From Bacteroidales bacterium (GTDB lineage Bacteria > Bacteroidota > Bacteroidia > Bacteroidales > GCA-2748055), in assembly GCA_021740585.1 (NCBI GenBank), contig JAIOZM010000010.1, positions 54 to 64,053 of the forward strand: DNA of 64,000 bases. The letters run 5' to 3'. The position numbers and the translations under genes were made by a program. The notes under the pieces are model-generated. The model worked only from the letters and a program-made list of their open reading frames with translations, searched no databases and was not told the origin of the DNA. This document shows, piece after piece, positions 1-10,158 of the stretch. Every line of letters starts with the position of its first letter. Position 1 is the stretch's first letter.

Positions 1-379
1 TCGTGCCCAGAGCGGCGCACAGAAAGCCGTCTTTTTGTACAATTAGTTTGCCACCTTGTTCTGATAAATTAACAGGAATAATGGTTCCCGGATAGGGCGC
101 GGCAAAAGCCACTTTTTGCTTTCCTCTTCCTCTGTTTGTAAAATGGGTTAGAAACAAGGATTCGCCGGTTAGAATTCGGGCTCCTGCCGAAAAAAGTTTG
201 CTGGCAATACTCTGATTGGGGGTGGATCCGTCGCCCATTTTTACTTCGAATTCCACATCAGATTCCATATAAACCATTGATCCGGCTTCGGCAATTACCG
301 TTTCGAATGGATCCAGTTCAACCTCAACCAGTTGAATGTCGTCGCCAATAATTTTATAATCCAGTTCGTGTGCTTTCAT
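1..379 (-). CDS. TIGR00266/AIM24-family (DUF124) protein, N-terminal part only; gene runs off the left edge
   Basis: ATG is the complement of 377-379 and the frame stays open to base 1. It is absent from the ORF track because no stop lies inside the window. My translation is [52 protein letters not shown]...[36 protein letters not shown], which fits the conserved N-terminus of this family. Confidence 0.75.
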   Translation of the reverse strand, partial: MKAHELDYKIIGDDIQLVEVELDPFETVIAEAGSMVYMESDVEFEVKMGDGSTPNQSIASKLFSAGARILTGESLFLTHFTNRGRGKQKVAFAAPYPGTIIPVNLSEQGGKLIVQKDGFLCAALGT

Positions 380-550
380 TTGATATGCTATTTAGTGCTT
401 GAAAGAAAACTCATGTGTTTTTATGGCTCTGAAAAGATCGCGTCAAAGACAAGGCTTGCGAAGTATTGGAAGTCAATAAGTTTACTTTTGTAAATGTTTG
501 CTTCCAAGACGAGCATAACGCAGTATTTGGCGTTTTCTTGCAGAGACTAT

Positions 551-3052
551 TTAGAATTTTTCCGAAAACCATTTGATCAGATGCCTTTTTACGGATTCGA
601 CTTTCATAGGCTTGATTAAATAGTCGCTCATTCCCGAGGAAAAGGCTTTTTCTCTGCTCTCCTCATTTTCACTACCTGTCATTGCAATAATTATTTGGTT
701 TTTGCCCTTCTTACGTATCTCTTTACTTGCCATAAAACCGTCTTTTTCCGGCATTTGCAGGTCCATGAAAATCAGATCGTAATTTTTCTTGTCTGCTTTA
801 CTAACAGCATCAATACCGTTATTTGCCAAATCAATTTCATAGCCCAAATGTTTAAAAATTGTTTGCGCAACTCTCTGATTAATAATATTATCGTCGGCAA
901 CCAGGATGTTGAGATTTGATTTTATTTTCTCCGCTTTTTCCAATTGAGCCTCCACGTTTTCAATGGCGGGAAACATAGTCTGGAATATTTTTAAGACTTC
1001 ATAATCGTCGTAAGGTTGAATAAGGTAATAGTCGACGCCCAAATTTTTACATTTTTTATAATTCCCCCGCTTGTCGTTGGAGCTTATCATAATAATCGGG
1101 AAGTTATTAGAGATTTTATTCTCTTTCAGCTGACGTGCCAGGGCAAATCCATCGCCACCAGGCTTATCTTTTATGACCAGAAACTGATATAGATCTTTAT
1201 TTTTGTCAATATGATAAATTACACCGTCAATGGAATTGTCGTCATATTCCCTGTAATTAAAATTAATTCCGTATTTATCTAACACACTGTGGATGTTGTC
1301 GGTTTTTCCTTTTTGTCTGGTTAAAATCAGTGCGGTAACCTGATTAAACTGTGTAATATTGCTTGTTTGGCCGGTTTTTTCCAATCTTTCATCCGAATGA
1401 ACCTCGAGGGTAAAGCTAAATTTGGCACCGGGATTCTGAGCATCTTTAGAAATAGACGATGGGCTTTCCACATAAATTTCACCATTCATCATTTCAACAA
1501 GTTGTTTGGAGATGGTCATCCCAAGCCCCGTTCCCCCATATTTTCGTGAGGTGGATCCGCCAATCTGTTCGTAATTTTTGAATATTTTATCGAGCATATC
1601 TTCAGGAATGCCTATGCCGGTATCTTCAACACTAAATAAAAGACTTAATCCCGAATTATACTTTTCTACCACTACTACTGTTAGCCTCACCTGTCCTTTT
1701 TTAGTAAATTTAATGGCGTTGCTGAGCAGGTTTGAAATAACCTGTCGTAGCCTGAAGGGGTCGCCAATAATATTCTCGGGAACATCAGGGGCTATATTAA
1801 AGCTTAATTTCAGTTTTTTTTCTTCAGCAAGAGGTTTAAATAATTCCTGAGAAATGTTTAATTCTTCCCGGAGAGAAAAGGGTATTTCTTCCAACATTAG
1901 TTTTCCGGCTTCGATTTTTGAAAAATCTAAAATGTCGTTAATTATGGTTATTAAAAGGTCTGTGGACTTTTTGATTATCTCGAGCTCCTCTCTTTGAACC
2001 TTATCCAGCTTGCCAAGCAACAGGCTTTCTGTCATCCCGACAATTCCGTTCATTGGTGTTCTGATTTCGTGACTCATTTGGGCGAGGAAGTCGGATTTTG
2101 CCTGATTTGCCGCAGACTCCTGTTTTCTTGACTTTTCGAGGGGTGAGACGTCGATTAAAGCGGTGATATTATATTCTTCACCTGCAATAAGTTTGGTTTC
2201 GTCTTTCCGGTAAATTACCACGTCGTTTCCATCTTTTACGTAATGTATAAAATGGTCTGCATCAAAGGAAGATTTGTTTTCGGTTTCAAGGATGTACTTA
2301 TTTTCGACAAGGAATTTTTCATCGAAATTTTTTCCTATAAAATCTTCATCCTTATCGGCAAACAGAAGTTTTTGTCCGGTTCGGTTCATCATTCTTATTA
2401 TTCCGCCTTTGTCTCTTACCATGATTCCTGTTGGGAAATTTTCAATGATCATCTTAAGCTCTATCATTTTTGAATGCAGCTCTTTTTCCCTTTTGGAGTT
2501 ATGCCTGATTTCCATTAAAAAAAGATATACTACAATAAGAATTACCAATAGATTTAATATCCCTCTTTGAAGGTTCGATTTTAGGAATAAATTGTGTATG
2601 TCTCCGGAGTTTATTGACATAACCAGCCCCAGATCATTGGTAATGATACTTAGCGGATAATAGGCGGAGATAATTTCATTTCTTTTACCCTTCCAGATAT
2701 AAGCATGATTTATTATGCCTTCGCTTTCATTGAATATACTGTCGGCTATTGTTTGAACATCTAAAATTTCAATAGAATCTTTATTACTGGAACAGATTAT
2801 TTCACCATTGGTATTTAAAAGCCATTGCCATTGAACGCCTTCGATACGGTACATTTGAAAAATGGAAGAAAGGTATTTTTCAAGGTTTATTTGAACTACT
2901 ATATTTCCTTTTAAGTTGTTGTTTTCAAAAAACGGGAAATAACTCAGGTAGCTACCTCCATCGGCTTTAATAACGTCTCTTGGCTCGAGTTCGTTTTGCC
3001 TTTGCCTCGAAAATGTGTCCACCACAAACTCATCGCTTTCGTTTATATACAA
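551..3052 (-). CDS. hybrid sensor histidine kinase/response regulator (large C-terminal part)
   Basis: 833-aa track ORF whose first codon is TTG. It has a TM segment ([18 protein letters not shown]) and a PAS-like region. H-box is [15 protein letters not shown]-box [10 protein letters not shown]-boxes DTGIGI and [11 protein letters not shown] degenerate receiver-like region is followed by a C-terminal receiver (ILVADDN...[14 protein letters not shown]...IKP). It is in the same frame as 3125-3391. Confidence 0.85.
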   Translation of the reverse strand: MYINESDEFVVDTFSRQRQNELEPRDVIKADGGSYLSYFPFFENNNLKGNIVVQINLEKYLSSIFQMYRIEGVQWQWLLNTNGEIICSSNKDSIEILDVQTIADSIFNESEGIINHAYIWKGKRNEIISAYYPLSIITNDLGLVMSINSGDIHNLFLKSNLQRGILNLLVILIVVYLFLMEIRHNSKREKELHSKMIELKMIIENFPTGIMVRDKGGIIRMMNRTGQKLLFADKDEDFIGKNFDEKFLVENKYILETENKSSFDADHFIHYVKDGNDVVIYRKDETKLIAGEEYNITALIDVSPLEKSRKQESAANQAKSDFLAQMSHEIRTPMNGIVGMTESLLLGKLDKVQREELEIIKKSTDLLITIINDILDFSKIEAGKLMLEEIPFSLREELNISQELFKPLAEEKKLKLSFNIAPDVPENIIGDPFRLRQVISNLLSNAIKFTKKGQVRLTVVVVEKYNSGLSLLFSVEDTGIGIPEDMLDKIFKNYEQIGGSTSRKYGGTGLGMTISKQLVEMMNGEIYVESPSSISKDAQNPGAKFSFTLEVHSDERLEKTGQTSNITQFNQVTALILTRQKGKTDNIHSVLDKYGINFNYREYDDNSIDGVIYHIDKNKDLYQFLVIKDKPGGDGFALARQLKENKISNNFPIIMISSNDKRGNYKKCKNLGVDYYLIQPYDDYEVLKIFQTMFPAIENVEAQLEKAEKIKSNLNILVADDNIINQRVAQTIFKHLGYEIDLANNGIDAVSKADKKNYDLIFMDLQMPEKDGFMASKEIRKKGKNQIIIAMTGSENEESREKAFSSGMSDYLIKPMKVESVKRHLIKWFSEKF

Positions 3053-3124
3053 GCCCAGAAATTCGTTTTCGTTATCGTAAACAGAAATACTTGTAATAAG
3101 AACCCGGTATTTTGAATAAAAGCC

Positions 3125-3391
3125 TTACAGGTCGCGGCTTATGTAAAACATTGACTCTTTGTTATCGAAAATTTGATGTATTTCGTTAATGTTTCTAAAG
3201 ATAATCCGTGTCAGATCACTTTCGTAGTCGTGAATGGTTTTCTCAATGCTGGATCCCAAATTCTCAGCTTGCTGCATAATCACTTCCTTCTGAAACTCAA
3301 CAGTACTTCTTTTTATTTTTCTCAAATAAAAAAAATTAAATCCTAAAAGCAGGATAAATAGGGCTGTTATAACTAGCTGTGTTTTTTTCAT
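3125..3391 (-). pseudogene. N-terminal fragment (signal anchor plus start of periplasmic sensor domain) of the same hybrid kinase, cut off by an in-frame TAA
   Basis: 88 aa starting MKKTQLVITALFILLLGFNFFYL (signal anchor). It ends at TAA 3125-3127. The next 24 codons (3053-3124, [24 protein letters not shown]) are open and in frame with the 833-aa ORF. 551-3391 is 2841 nt, i.e. 947 codons. Confidence 0.6.
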
Positions 3392-3496
3392 TCCGGCTTA
3401 CAATATTCTTGTCTAAAATATACAAATATATACTAGAATAAAATTATTTCTTAGTGTTAAACCGGAGTTCGATAAAATTTTATCCGATTTCGTTCA

Positions 3497-5071
3497 CTAT
3501 TCCATATCCAACCCCAATTTTTTTCGCAAAACAGAAGTCCAAATCCGGTATCCTTTTTCGTTCATATGAAGTTTGTCCTCCAAAAATAATGAGGTATCCA
3601 GTTTCCCGTCATCCAGAAACATAGGTGAAGCAACATCCACATATTCTACGCCATCGATATTTTCAGTCATTTCTTTCAACTGATTCTGCAATTCGATATA
3701 GGTTCCGTAATAATTAAGTCTCACGATTGCCGGTTTGGGCGACATTATAAAAATCTCGCTTTGCGGACTCTCCTTTTTAACTATTTCGATGAAGTTTCTA
3801 ATGTTTTTAAGTATACTGTCATTCTCAATACCTCCCGGAATATCATTGTCGCCTTCATAGTAGAAGATTCTTGCCGGTTGATAGGGAATCACTATTTCGT
3901 TTATATATTTTAGAGCATCGGCAGAATTTGATCCCCCGAAACCTCTGTGAATGATATCCAGTTCCGGAAAGTCGGTGTCAAGTGTTTTCCACATTCTTAT
4001 ACTTGAGCTGCCTATAAAAAGAGTTGAATTTGGTTTTGGGAAAGCGGCTTTGTCGCCTGCCATAAACCGCCGTATTTCATCATAAAATTTGGGGACTTCA
4101 AGCTCAATATATTCTCTTGGGGCAATAATCAGATCGTGAAAAGAGACACATGAACTATTCTGAAATACATAAATTTCATCTTTAGTAAAATCGATGTCAA
4201 ATTCAGATAAATTATATACAGTGTCTGAACCGGGACTAATAATTTCCTTGTAAATCTCTACTATTCCCTTTTCTGAGGAGTGATAAACCTTAAGTGTATC
4301 GCCATTTTCCATTCCACATATTTTCATCTGAATAAAAGCCTCATCTGTAATTTTTATTCTTGAGGTGGATTCGGGAAAAGATTCCTTTGTTCCATTAAGC
4401 CTGACGGGAAAATAACTTAAGGAGCTTTCGCTGCTGTAATTGTTATTAAACCAGGTAAGCCGTTTCTTGTCTGAATCATTTTTTTTGTCTGAATCATCAA
4501 TATATACCTGCAGGGCTAAAGGCATCGTGCCGCTGTCGGCCGGAAAAATCCATGGAAGACCTAATTGCAATTCCATTTCGGTAACCCCTTTGATACGGCT
4601 GCCATGAATGTCGATATCTGTGGTTCTTTCCATGTTTTTTCGTCTGTCGTCTATCCTTATTACCGGTTTACCGTTTGCATTAAACACAAGGCTTAAGGAA
4701 ATTTGAAGCAGTTCCTTAGATCCCTTTTCGGGAGCTAAAAATAGTTCCACTGCATCGCCATTCCAGGGATATAAAGTATCGGTATAATGAACATCGTCTT
4801 CTATATGAAAATAAAAAAGAAGACCATTGCTATTGTATGCCAGTTTAAAGTTTGCTTTCAGGTCAGAGCTATCAGGAATTACCCCTGTCTGATTGCAAAA
4901 AAGCGGAATACGGGATTTCGATTCCCATTCTTTATAATCCCCATCAGCCTGAAAATCCTTCATTTCAGATATAGAAATCACGGGCTCATAAAGGCAGATT
5001 TCTCCTCTACAAGAACTTAAAATAAACAGGCTTATTAAATTAATTATTAATATTTTGAGAGCTCGCTTCAT
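3497..5071 (-). CDS. lipoprotein with C-terminal SGNH/GDSL hydrolase domain and beta-rich N-terminal (possibly carbohydrate-binding) domain
   Basis: Lipobox-like signal LFILSSC. SGNH blocks are FIGSSSIRMW (I), GFGGSNS (II), YEGDNDI (III) and DKLHMNEKGY (V, D-x-x-H). The N-terminal ~300 aa has no catalytic motif. Its start overlaps the upstream gene by 32 nt. Confidence 0.7.
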   Translation of the reverse strand: MKRALKILIINLISLFILSSCRGEICLYEPVISISEMKDFQADGDYKEWESKSRIPLFCNQTGVIPDSSDLKANFKLAYNSNGLLFYFHIEDDVHYTDTLYPWNGDAVELFLAPEKGSKELLQISLSLVFNANGKPVIRIDDRRKNMERTTDIDIHGSRIKGVTEMELQLGLPWIFPADSGTMPLALQVYIDDSDKKNDSDKKRLTWFNNNYSSESSLSYFPVRLNGTKESFPESTSRIKITDEAFIQMKICGMENGDTLKVYHSSEKGIVEIYKEIISPGSDTVYNLSEFDIDFTKDEIYVFQNSSCVSFHDLIIAPREYIELEVPKFYDEIRRFMAGDKAAFPKPNSTLFIGSSSIRMWKTLDTDFPELDIIHRGFGGSNSADALKYINEIVIPYQPARIFYYEGDNDIPGGIENDSILKNIRNFIEIVKKESPQSEIFIMSPKPAIVRLNYYGTYIELQNQLKEMTENIDGVEYVDVASPMFLDDGKLDTSLFLEDKLHMNEKGYRIWTSVLRKKLGLDME

Positions 5072-6656
5072 TTATAAGTTGTTTTAAAGTTTTTTTCTTG
5101 TTTTTTCCATCCGGAATTTTACTCATTGCATATTCCGCCATTGCCAAAATAGAATAACTTGGATTTACTCCGGGATTGGTTTGAATAACAGAGCCGTCGA
5201 TGATATACATGCCGGGATAATTATGAACTTCCAGATTTTTATTTACCACTGAATTTTCGGGGCTGTCGCCCATGAGGCAGCCACCCAGAATGTGGGCGGT
5301 GGTAGGCCGGTTTAGCATAACTTCCAGAATAATATTTTGAGGTATTCCGCCCACTTCCTCTGCATACTTCATCATTACATCCTGTCCCACCTGAATAAAT
5401 GCCGGAACCTTTTTATTTCCATTATTCTGTATTTTCATCCTGCCTCCAAAAAGTCCCTTTTTCCACCGCATTTTCATTGAGTTCTCGAGGCTTTGCATTA
5501 CCAGGAAGATAACCAGTTTGGTTGACCATTTAAAGTTAAAAATGGTTTTGAGGAACTGAAGAGGGTGGAGTATTGTGTTACCAATTAGTTTTAAGGTTCT
5601 GAGGAAAGAGTTTCGTGCGCCTCCTGTGGCAAGGGTGAAAAACCATTTCAGGGAATTTGATTTATCGGGGAATTTTACAATTTCAACATGAGTATTTTCA
5701 TCGGGATGAAAAACGGAGCTGATAGCCACGCCGTTATTCAGTTTCTGCTTAGCGCCGGATACCGCACACAGGGTTTCAGAATTTGTTAAAAGGTTTTCGC
5801 CTAATGTATCGGATAAAAGTCTGAGTGTTTTGTGTTTATACTTTTGTTTAAGAAGCAGGTCAAGGCTTCCAAGGCTTCCGCCTGATACTATGAGTGATTT
5901 TGTGTGGAATATCCTTTGTGTTTTTCTGTGTTTCAGATTTTTTGTGTGGATAATGTATTCTTTACCGTCGTATTCAATTTTCTCTACTTTGGTTCCGGAT
6001 AAAATTTCAGCACCAAACTTCTCTGCGAACCAGAGGTAATTCTTATCGAGGGTGTTTTTTGCATTTTCTCTGCAGCCTACCATACATGCGGCACAATCGG
6101 TACAGGACTTTCTTTCCGGACCCAAACCTGAAAAATACGGATCGGCAATTTTATCGTCTTTTCGCAAATTAACCGCCACATAAACGCTTTCAAAGCTATT
6201 TTCGCCAGACATTTTTGCAGCGACTTTTCTCAAAGCCTCGTCCTCATAATTAAAGCGATCCAGCTTAACCCTTCCCATCATAAAACCCGCCTCCTGATAA
6301 AAAGGTTTTAGTTCGGCTTCCCAATCGCCTTGTATAGCCCAGGGTCCCTTAATAAAAAAATCTTTTTTAGGATAGAAAAGGGTATTTGCATACACCAGGC
6401 TTCCTCCTCCCACTCCAACACCACTAAGAATGCTGGCTTCGGGGTAAAAAGAGAGTTTTAAAATTCCATGCATTTTCATAAATGGCCACCACAGATATTT
6501 TTTAAGTTGCCAGTTCGTTTTAGCATAATCGTCATTGTTAAAACGCTGTCCCTGTTCAATTGTCAGCACCTTATAGCCTTTCTCAGATAGTCTTAGCGAA
6601 GAAACGCTTCCGCCAAAACCGGAGCCAATTACAATATAATCATAGCTGTTTTTCAT
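5040..6656 (-). CDS. GMC-family FAD-dependent oxidoreductase (cholesterol-oxidase-like)
   Basis: N-terminal Rossmann FAD motif DYIVIGSGFGGSVSSLRLSEKGYKVLTIEQG. C-terminal GMC-type region is ...TTAHILGGCLMG...DGSVIQTNPGVNPSYSILAMAE. 538 aa. Confidence 0.8.
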   Translation of the reverse strand: MKNSYDYIVIGSGFGGSVSSLRLSEKGYKVLTIEQGQRFNNDDYAKTNWQLKKYLWWPFMKMHGILKLSFYPEASILSGVGVGGGSLVYANTLFYPKKDFFIKGPWAIQGDWEAELKPFYQEAGFMMGRVKLDRFNYEDEALRKVAAKMSGENSFESVYVAVNLRKDDKIADPYFSGLGPERKSCTDCAACMVGCRENAKNTLDKNYLWFAEKFGAEILSGTKVEKIEYDGKEYIIHTKNLKHRKTQRIFHTKSLIVSGGSLGSLDLLLKQKYKHKTLRLLSDTLGENLLTNSETLCAVSGAKQKLNNGVAISSVFHPDENTHVEIVKFPDKSNSLKWFFTLATGGARNSFLRTLKLIGNTILHPLQFLKTIFNFKWSTKLVIFLVMQSLENSMKMRWKKGLFGGRMKIQNNGNKKVPAFIQVGQDVMMKYAEEVGGIPQNIILEVMLNRPTTAHILGGCLMGDSPENSVVNKNLEVHNYPGMYIIDGSVIQTNPGVNPSYSILAMAEYAMSKIPDGKNKKKTLKQLINEASSQNINN

Positions 6657-6761
6657 TTCTTTTCAGGCTTAATTCGCATAAAATAATGCCATTTTCCAGA
6701 GAACAGGGCAAACATAATCATTTTCATTCTTTTTTATTAATTTAGTGACCCTACTTATCTT

Positions 6762-7787
6762 ATGGCAGATACTGTTTCTATAGAAGCTTTTTTAGAAGGA
6801 GCGCGATCAACACCGGTTATAGATGTTCGGTCGCCGGCTGAGTATGAACAGGCTCACATTCCCCATTCCGTAAATATTCCTCTGCTCGATAATACAGAGC
6901 GCAAGCTTGTGGGAACCCTGTATAAAAAAACGGGTCGTGAAGAGGCCATACGCACCGGCTTTGAAATTATTGCGGGCAAAACAAGCCGGTTAATAGAGGC
7001 CGGCATTAAAGCTTCCGGGGAAGGACGGCTCCTTGTATATTGCTGGCGGGGGGGCATGAGAAGCGCATCCATGGCCTGGCTTTTTGAAAGGAATGGCATT
7101 CAGTGTACTTTACTTTCAGGGGGTTATAAAAACTACCGACATGCTATTAAAAAATATTTTTCGTCAGGATTGAATATTAAAATTCTTGGGGGGATGACCG
7201 GATCGGGGAAAACAGAAATTCTGTTGAAGTTAAAGGAACGGGGGCTTCAGGTTGTTGATCTTGAAGGCATTGCCCATCATAAAGGATCTGCTTTTGGATC
7301 GTTAGGAGAAAGCCAACAACCAACAACCGAATATTTTGAAAACCTGTTGTATGAAGCGTTTTCCGGACTTGATAAAAATAAACCGATTTGGCTGGAAGAC
7401 GAGAGTAAAAATATTGGCCGTGTTTATATCCCCGATGAATTATATAGTTTAATGAGAAAATCACCTCTCTATATTGTTACTGTTCCAAAAGAAAAAAGAA
7501 TTGAAAGGTTGGTTGCGGATTATGGAGTATTCGGGGAGGAATTGCTGATTGAAAGCATAGAAAAAATTTCCAAAAAGATTGGCGGTCAGAATGCTAATCG
7601 GGCAGTTGAGGCAATAAAGGAGAAAAACTATCATCTGGCAGCTGATATAAGTTTGGTCTATTATGATAAAGCTTATCGTTTTGGACTTGAAAAAAGAGCC
7701 GACATCCAAAAATATGAAATACATTGTGAAAGTCAGGATGCCGGAATAAATGCTGAAATGATACTTGACCTGATGGCCAAAGCTTAA
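6762..7787 (+). CDS. selU: tRNA 2-selenouridine synthase
   Basis: Rhodanese domain with active-site loop YCWRGGMRS, followed by P-loop GGMTGSGKTE. The length (341 aa) and architecture are typical of SelU/MnmH (YbbB). Confidence 0.85.
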   Translation: MADTVSIEAFLEGARSTPVIDVRSPAEYEQAHIPHSVNIPLLDNTERKLVGTLYKKTGREEAIRTGFEIIAGKTSRLIEAGIKASGEGRLLVYCWRGGMRSASMAWLFERNGIQCTLLSGGYKNYRHAIKKYFSSGLNIKILGGMTGSGKTEILLKLKERGLQVVDLEGIAHHKGSAFGSLGESQQPTTEYFENLLYEAFSGLDKNKPIWLEDESKNIGRVYIPDELYSLMRKSPLYIVTVPKEKRIERLVADYGVFGEELLIESIEKISKKIGGQNANRAVEAIKEKNYHLAADISLVYYDKAYRFGLEKRADIQKYEIHCESQDAGINAEMILDLMAKA

Positions 7788-8074
7788 TTATTATTTCATC
7801 TTCCATTGAACCAAAAGCCGGTTTTTAAGGTTAATTAATCAGCCTATTTAAGATAAATTATTGCGGGCTAATTTTTTCGTCTTATATTTGAAAAAGGGTA
7901 TTGCAGAAATATTTTTTAGAATTTGTGAGTTGATTGGAAGAAAGCGGGGGGAATTGGATTCAAAAAACCCTGCATTAAACTAAGAACAATGAAACATCAG
8001 GATACTATTTTTCACAAAAAAGCAATTTTAATCAGGATGTAAATCTTTGAGTTTTAACAATAATTACTAAACAG

Positions 8075-8788
8075 ATGAAAGCAAAAACTTTGATTCAATC
8101 CATGGGTGGTGTAGCTAAGGAAGAAAACCTTTTCACGCTTGAATCCCATATTATGCCAAACACTTTTGTCCTGGAAAATGAAGAGCCATATCCGGGTTAT
8201 CATGGTATGAATCTACCTACCGATAATAAGCCGATTTCTATTTTTCTGATGACAAAAAACAAGCATTCTGTTCAAAAAATTATGCGTTTGAATCAGAAAA
8301 TTAAAAAATATTTTAATCATCCTTTCGACGCTGTTCCCGGTGAGATTTGGATAAATAACGATAAAATTCCCTGCATCCGTATCAGAAATCTGGATAATTA
8401 CGATCTGGTTGGAGATCTGCAGAAATGTTTTTATTCTGAAGGCATCCTCTTTCAAAAAAAGCGCACCGTGCGTGCTGAGGGTGTAATAACCTTAAAAAAA
8501 GTTTTTAATCTTGAGGTTCTTGAAGACGATATTTTAAAGGATCTGGACGATGATTCAACCTTTTATTTTCGTTTACCCAAACAGCTTTCGTATCAGGAAT
8601 TTGTTGCCGTTATAAAAAATCTCAGAAACAATATTGCCTCAGAAAAAACGAATTTCGATGCCGCTTTGGCTGCCATATACACCAAGGAAATATTAGACGT
8701 AGTTAGGATTTATGCAAAAGGAGCTTCATTAGCCTTTCTTGCTGAACTTCGTGGTCTGGTCGAAATCGAAATAAAAAGACTGGATTAG
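8075..8788 (+). CDS. hypothetical protein (no recognisable motif)
   Basis: 237-aa ORF with ordinary composition. No signal peptide and no catalytic motif that I recognise. Its 3' end overlaps the convergent U32 gene by 4 nt. Confidence 0.5.
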   Translation: MKAKTLIQSMGGVAKEENLFTLESHIMPNTFVLENEEPYPGYHGMNLPTDNKPISIFLMTKNKHSVQKIMRLNQKIKKYFNHPFDAVPGEIWINNDKIPCIRIRNLDNYDLVGDLQKCFYSEGILFQKKRTVRAEGVITLKKVFNLEVLEDDILKDLDDDSTFYFRLPKQLSYQEFVAVIKNLRNNIASEKTNFDAALAAIYTKEILDVVRIYAKGASLAFLAELRGLVEIEIKRLD

Positions 8789-10047
8789 GATTTATTGTAT
8801 CTTTTTGTTTCGATAAGACGATATACTTTATCCGATCTTCGAATAAGTGTTTTTATTGGGAAAGAGCAACGCTGTCCTTTGCTTGCTGCTGAAATGGATT
8901 TATGGTCGATTTGAATTTCTTCAAGTACGATTTCAACAACACCGGTTGTAGGTCCCATAATTATCAGATTGTCACCCACATTGAGTTCTCCGGCTTCAAC
9001 CTGAACTTCAGCCACCCCAATTTTATCGAAATAATTCGTTATTTTCCCTGTGTACACTTTTTTATGACTAGCCTGGGAGCCGTAAATATGACTCCATTCG
9101 CCCAGTCGCTGACCTAAATAATAGCCGTCCCAGAATCCGCGATTGAACACTTTCGACAAACTTTTTTTCCACTCATCAATTTTTTCCTGTCCGTAGCTGC
9201 CGTCAATAATGGAATCTATTGCCTCACTATAACAGCGTGTTACGGTTTTTACATATTCCGGAGACCTTGCCCGGCCTTCAATTTTTAAAACCCGTACGCC
9301 AGAGTCGAGTATCTTGTTTAAAAAGTGTATGGTTGAAAGGTCTTTGGGAGACATAATATATTCGTTATCAACCTCCAGTTCATTTCCCCGTTCTTTATCG
9401 GTAACCACATAAGCTCTTCGGCAAACCTGTAAACAATCGCCCCGGTTTGCTGAGTGATTGTGTTCATGCAGACTCAAATAACACTTTCCGCTGATGGCCA
9501 TGCACAATGCTCCGTGAACAAACATTTCCAGCCTAACTGCCTGTCCTTTTGGTCCGGTTATATTTCGATTTTTAATTTCATCAGAGATATTTTTCACCTG
9601 TTCTAAAGAAAGCTCCCTGGCTAAAACGGCCACATCGGCAAATCTGGAGTAAAAGCTTAATGCCTCAACATTGCTTATGTTTAACTGCGTTGACAGATGA
9701 GCGGGAACTCCGGCAATATTGGCATAATTTAATACTGAAATATCGGAAGCAATAAGGGCGTCGACCTGTTCTTTTTTTGCAAGCTCAATAATTTCTTTAA
9801 CGGTGTTCAGCTCCTTATCGTAAATTACCGTGTTAACAGTAAGATATGTTTTAAGATTGTTTTCTTTTGCTCTTTTAATAATTACAGGCAGATCTTCTTT
9901 TGTAAAATTATAGGAAGACTTCGCTCTCATATTAAGTTGCTCTATCCCAAAGTATATAGCATTTGCGCCTCCCTGAATGGCCGCTTCCAGTGATTCAAAG
10001 GAACCTACGGGAGCCAGTACTTCAATATCTTCTCTTTTGAAATTCAT
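8785..10047 (-). CDS. peptidase U32 family protein
   Basis: N-terminus EVLAPVGSFESLEAAIQGGANAIYFG and the U32 signature EMFVHGALCMAISGKCYLS. 420 aa. Confidence 0.85.
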   Translation of the reverse strand: MNFKREDIEVLAPVGSFESLEAAIQGGANAIYFGIEQLNMRAKSSYNFTKEDLPVIIKRAKENNLKTYLTVNTVIYDKELNTVKEIIELAKKEQVDALIASDISVLNYANIAGVPAHLSTQLNISNVEALSFYSRFADVAVLARELSLEQVKNISDEIKNRNITGPKGQAVRLEMFVHGALCMAISGKCYLSLHEHNHSANRGDCLQVCRRAYVVTDKERGNELEVDNEYIMSPKDLSTIHFLNKILDSGVRVLKIEGRARSPEYVKTVTRCYSEAIDSIIDGSYGQEKIDEWKKSLSKVFNRGFWDGYYLGQRLGEWSHIYGSQASHKKVYTGKITNYFDKIGVAEVQVEAGELNVGDNLIIMGPTTGVVEIVLEEIQIDHKSISAASKGQRCSFPIKTLIRRSDKVYRLIETKRYNKS

Positions 10048-10158
10048 GATGCAAAGCTAGAAATTTTTTAGAGATTGTGACAGCAGTTTACACCACCTGT
10101 AAAACAGGGGTTAATAGTTGCTTTGTGAATAATCATGCTGAAATTTTTCTCCCGCGCA

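Noticed and set aside
695-2570. Five plus-strand ORFs of 60-98 aa (695-919, 1367-1549, 1578-1850, 2243-2473, 2274-2570) inside the hybrid kinase gene
   Set aside because: They are fully embedded antisense to a gene with unambiguous kinase and receiver motifs. Their translations are low-complexity and hydrophobic with no motifs. The same holds for the other short antisense or out-of-frame track ORFs inside long genes, e.g. 4787-5020, 12406-12600, 22084-22416, 28951-29382, 44452-44664, 58194-58547 and 61615-61995.
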